Assembly: GCA_020851375.1 (NCBI GenBank)
Contig: JADZCV010000048.1
Coordinates: 14,092-78,091 of the forward strand
Origin: Nitrospirota bacterium
GTDB taxonomy: Bacteria > Nitrospirota > 9FT-COMBO-42-15 > HDB-SIOI813
Length of the DNA stretch: 64,000 nucleotides
Direction of reading: 5' to 3'
Of this stretch, positions 62,707 through 64,000 are shown piece after piece. The first letter of the stretch is position 1; every line of letters begins with the position of its first letter. The notes under the pieces are model-generated. The model ran no database searches and was not told the origin of the DNA. It saw only the letters and a program-made list of their open reading frames with translations. A program made the translations under genes and the position numbers.

Positions 62707-64000
62707 ATGCCCACTAATCTTGTCCTCAAGTACCGCAGGCTGTTGATAGTATCCCTTCATCTCTTCCTGATTGTATTCTCAAACCTTTTCGCCTTTTTTC
62801 TCCGGTTTGAAGGGGCAATTCCATCATCATATTTCAGGATGATAGGTATTACACTGCCGGCCGTTGCATTAACGCGTCTTGCAGTGTTCTACTTCTTCGA
62901 CCTTCACAGCGGCCTGTGGAGATATGTCAGCATCAGAGACCTCCTTCAGATTATTAAGGCCGTTTTCCTGAGCTCGGTAATTATCGGGCTCATAGTATAT
63001 CCTGTCCTTGATTATCAGTTCTATCCCCGCTCAATCATGGTAATGGACAGCGTCTTTATCATGGTCCTCATGGGAGGAGTAAGGTTTACCTCAAGGGTAA
63101 TCAGGGAGAAGGCACGGTTTGCAAGGCATGAAAAGAAACGTGTTTTCATCTATGGCGCAGGAGATGCCGGTGAGCTTCTCCTGAGGGACATGTTAAAGAA
63201 CCCGGACTACACCTTACACGCAACCGGCTTCATAGATGATGACAAAAAGAAAAAGGGACTCAAGATTCATTCTGTGCCAGTCCTGGGTACAGGAGATGAC
63301 CTTGCGCATCTTATAAAGAAACATGCCCCGGAGGAGATTATCATAGCCATCCCGTCTGCAAAGCCTGCGCAAATCCAGAAGATTATGGGTGAGTGCAAGA
63401 AGCATGATGTTGTACTAAAGACCCTTCCAAGCCTTAAGGATGTTATAAAGGGGCAGGTCTCGGTCAGTCAGATAAGGGACATATCTATTGAAGACCTGTT
63501 GTTCAGGGACCCTGTATCCATAAATCCCGAAAATATCCGTGACCTTGTGTGCGGCAAAAGAGTACTCGTGACAGGCGCCGCCGGGTCAATCGGGTCAGAA
63601 CTTTGCAGGCAAATCCTCCAGCATAATCCCAGAAGCCTGATACTGTACGACCGCAATGAGAACGGGCTCTATTTTATTGACCATGAACTGGGGCAAAAAT
63701 ATTCAAGAGACTTCTTTAACGTGGTAATAGGTGATATATGCGATACGAACAGGTTATATATGAAGTTTAAAAAATACAGGCCTGAGATCGTGTTTCATGC
63801 CGCGGCATACAAACATGTCCCACTGATGGAGGATAATATAGTCGAGAGTATCAAAAACAATGTCCAGGGGACATGGAATGTCATGGAGCTGTCTGATCAG
63901 TTTGGTGTCGGGACATTTGTCCAGATATCCACTGACAAGGCGGTTAATCCTACGAGCGTTATGGGGGCATCAAAGCGGATTGCAGAGATGGCTGTAACAC
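62707..64000 (+). CDS. Polysaccharide biosynthesis protein CapD/PglF/WbpM-like (membrane domain plus NDP-sugar 4,6-dehydratase). Partial: it runs off the window.
   Basis: The translation MPTNLVLKYRRLLIVSLHLFLIVFSNLFAFF... contains 4 TM helices, then VLVTGAAGSIGSELCRQIL and YKHVPLMEDN. Confidence 0.85.
   Translation, partial: MPTNLVLKYRRLLIVSLHLFLIVFSNLFAFFLRFEGAIPSSYFRMIGITLPAVALTRLAVFYFFDLHSGLWRYVSIRDLLQIIKAVFLSSVIIGLIVYPVLDYQFYPRSIMVMDSVFIMVLMGGVRFTSRVIREKARFARHEKKRVFIYGAGDAGELLLRDMLKNPDYTLHATGFIDDDKKKKGLKIHSVPVLGTGDDLAHLIKKHAPEEIIIAIPSAKPAQIQKIMGECKKHDVVLKTLPSLKDVIKGQVSVSQIRDISIEDLLFRDPVSINPENIRDLVCGKRVLVTGAAGSIGSELCRQILQHNPRSLILYDRNENGLYFIDHELGQKYSRDFFNVVIGDICDTNRLYMKFKKYRPEIVFHAAAYKHVPLMEDNIVESIKNNVQGTWNVMELSDQFGVGTFVQISTDKAVNPTSVMGASKRIAEMAVT

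Overview
This is a bacterial chromosomal window of about 45-50% GC that carries the replication-origin gene set and is densely coding. Reading along the window, the features are:

- **1..5552 (− strand):** a four-gene c-di-GMP signalling block: a partial REC-HD-GYP regulator, two GAF histidine kinases and a GAF-GGDEF cyclase.
- **5800..11026 (+):** heme biosynthesis genes hemE, hemN, hemH and hemY.
- **11031..12548:** queF, queG and tRNA-Arg.
- **12571..15768 (−):** an HD-GYP protein next to a large HEAT-repeat protein.
- **16318..18193 (+):** a LemA-TPM-TPM trio.
- **18556..20184 (+):** fhs.
- **21250..22072 (−):** a HepT/MntA toxin-antitoxin pair.
- **22297..32029 (−):** rsmI, hpt, tilS, ribF, then a second heme block hemB, hemD, hemC, hemA and a hemX/ccsA-like gene.
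- **32143..35435:** a secreted ankyrin protein with about 17 repeats, an Rsm22-like methyltransferase and a small KE-rich protein.
- **35561..39601:** an HK/OmpR pair, livG, livF and cspA.
- **39644..49300 (−):** pepA, rlpA, gyrA, gyrB, dnaN and dnaA, with a putative oriC at 49301..49589 upstream of dnaA.
- **49590..59784 (−):** two SurA/parvulin PPIases, mfd, heptose genes (hldE domain II, gmhA), hpf, a DHH phosphoesterase and a TPR protein.
- **59986..64000 (+):** a polysaccharide export/biosynthesis start (Wza-like, rfbC, partial CapD/PglF-like).

The most unusual content is not protein-coding. Two families of highly structured repeats occupy 13 loci, roughly 3 kb in total. Family A is a G5/C5 multi-hairpin element. 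Family B is a roughly 200-nt unit with ATTCCC-N8-GGGAAT hairpins. Both are modular and occur in tandem, and every module ends in a conserved GGAG(A/T)ATTTTC(A/G)AGTG motif, which is a Shine-Dalgarno sequence followed by a GTG start. The elements are always oriented toward the downstream gene, and at nine loci the gene's start codon lies inside or within about 15-20 nt of the repeat end. One copy sits in-frame inside a CDS. The repeats are concentrated in the two heme operons. No CRISPR array, rRNA or canonical transposase gene was seen. All calls rest on reading the sequence and the ORF translations; no database search was possible.
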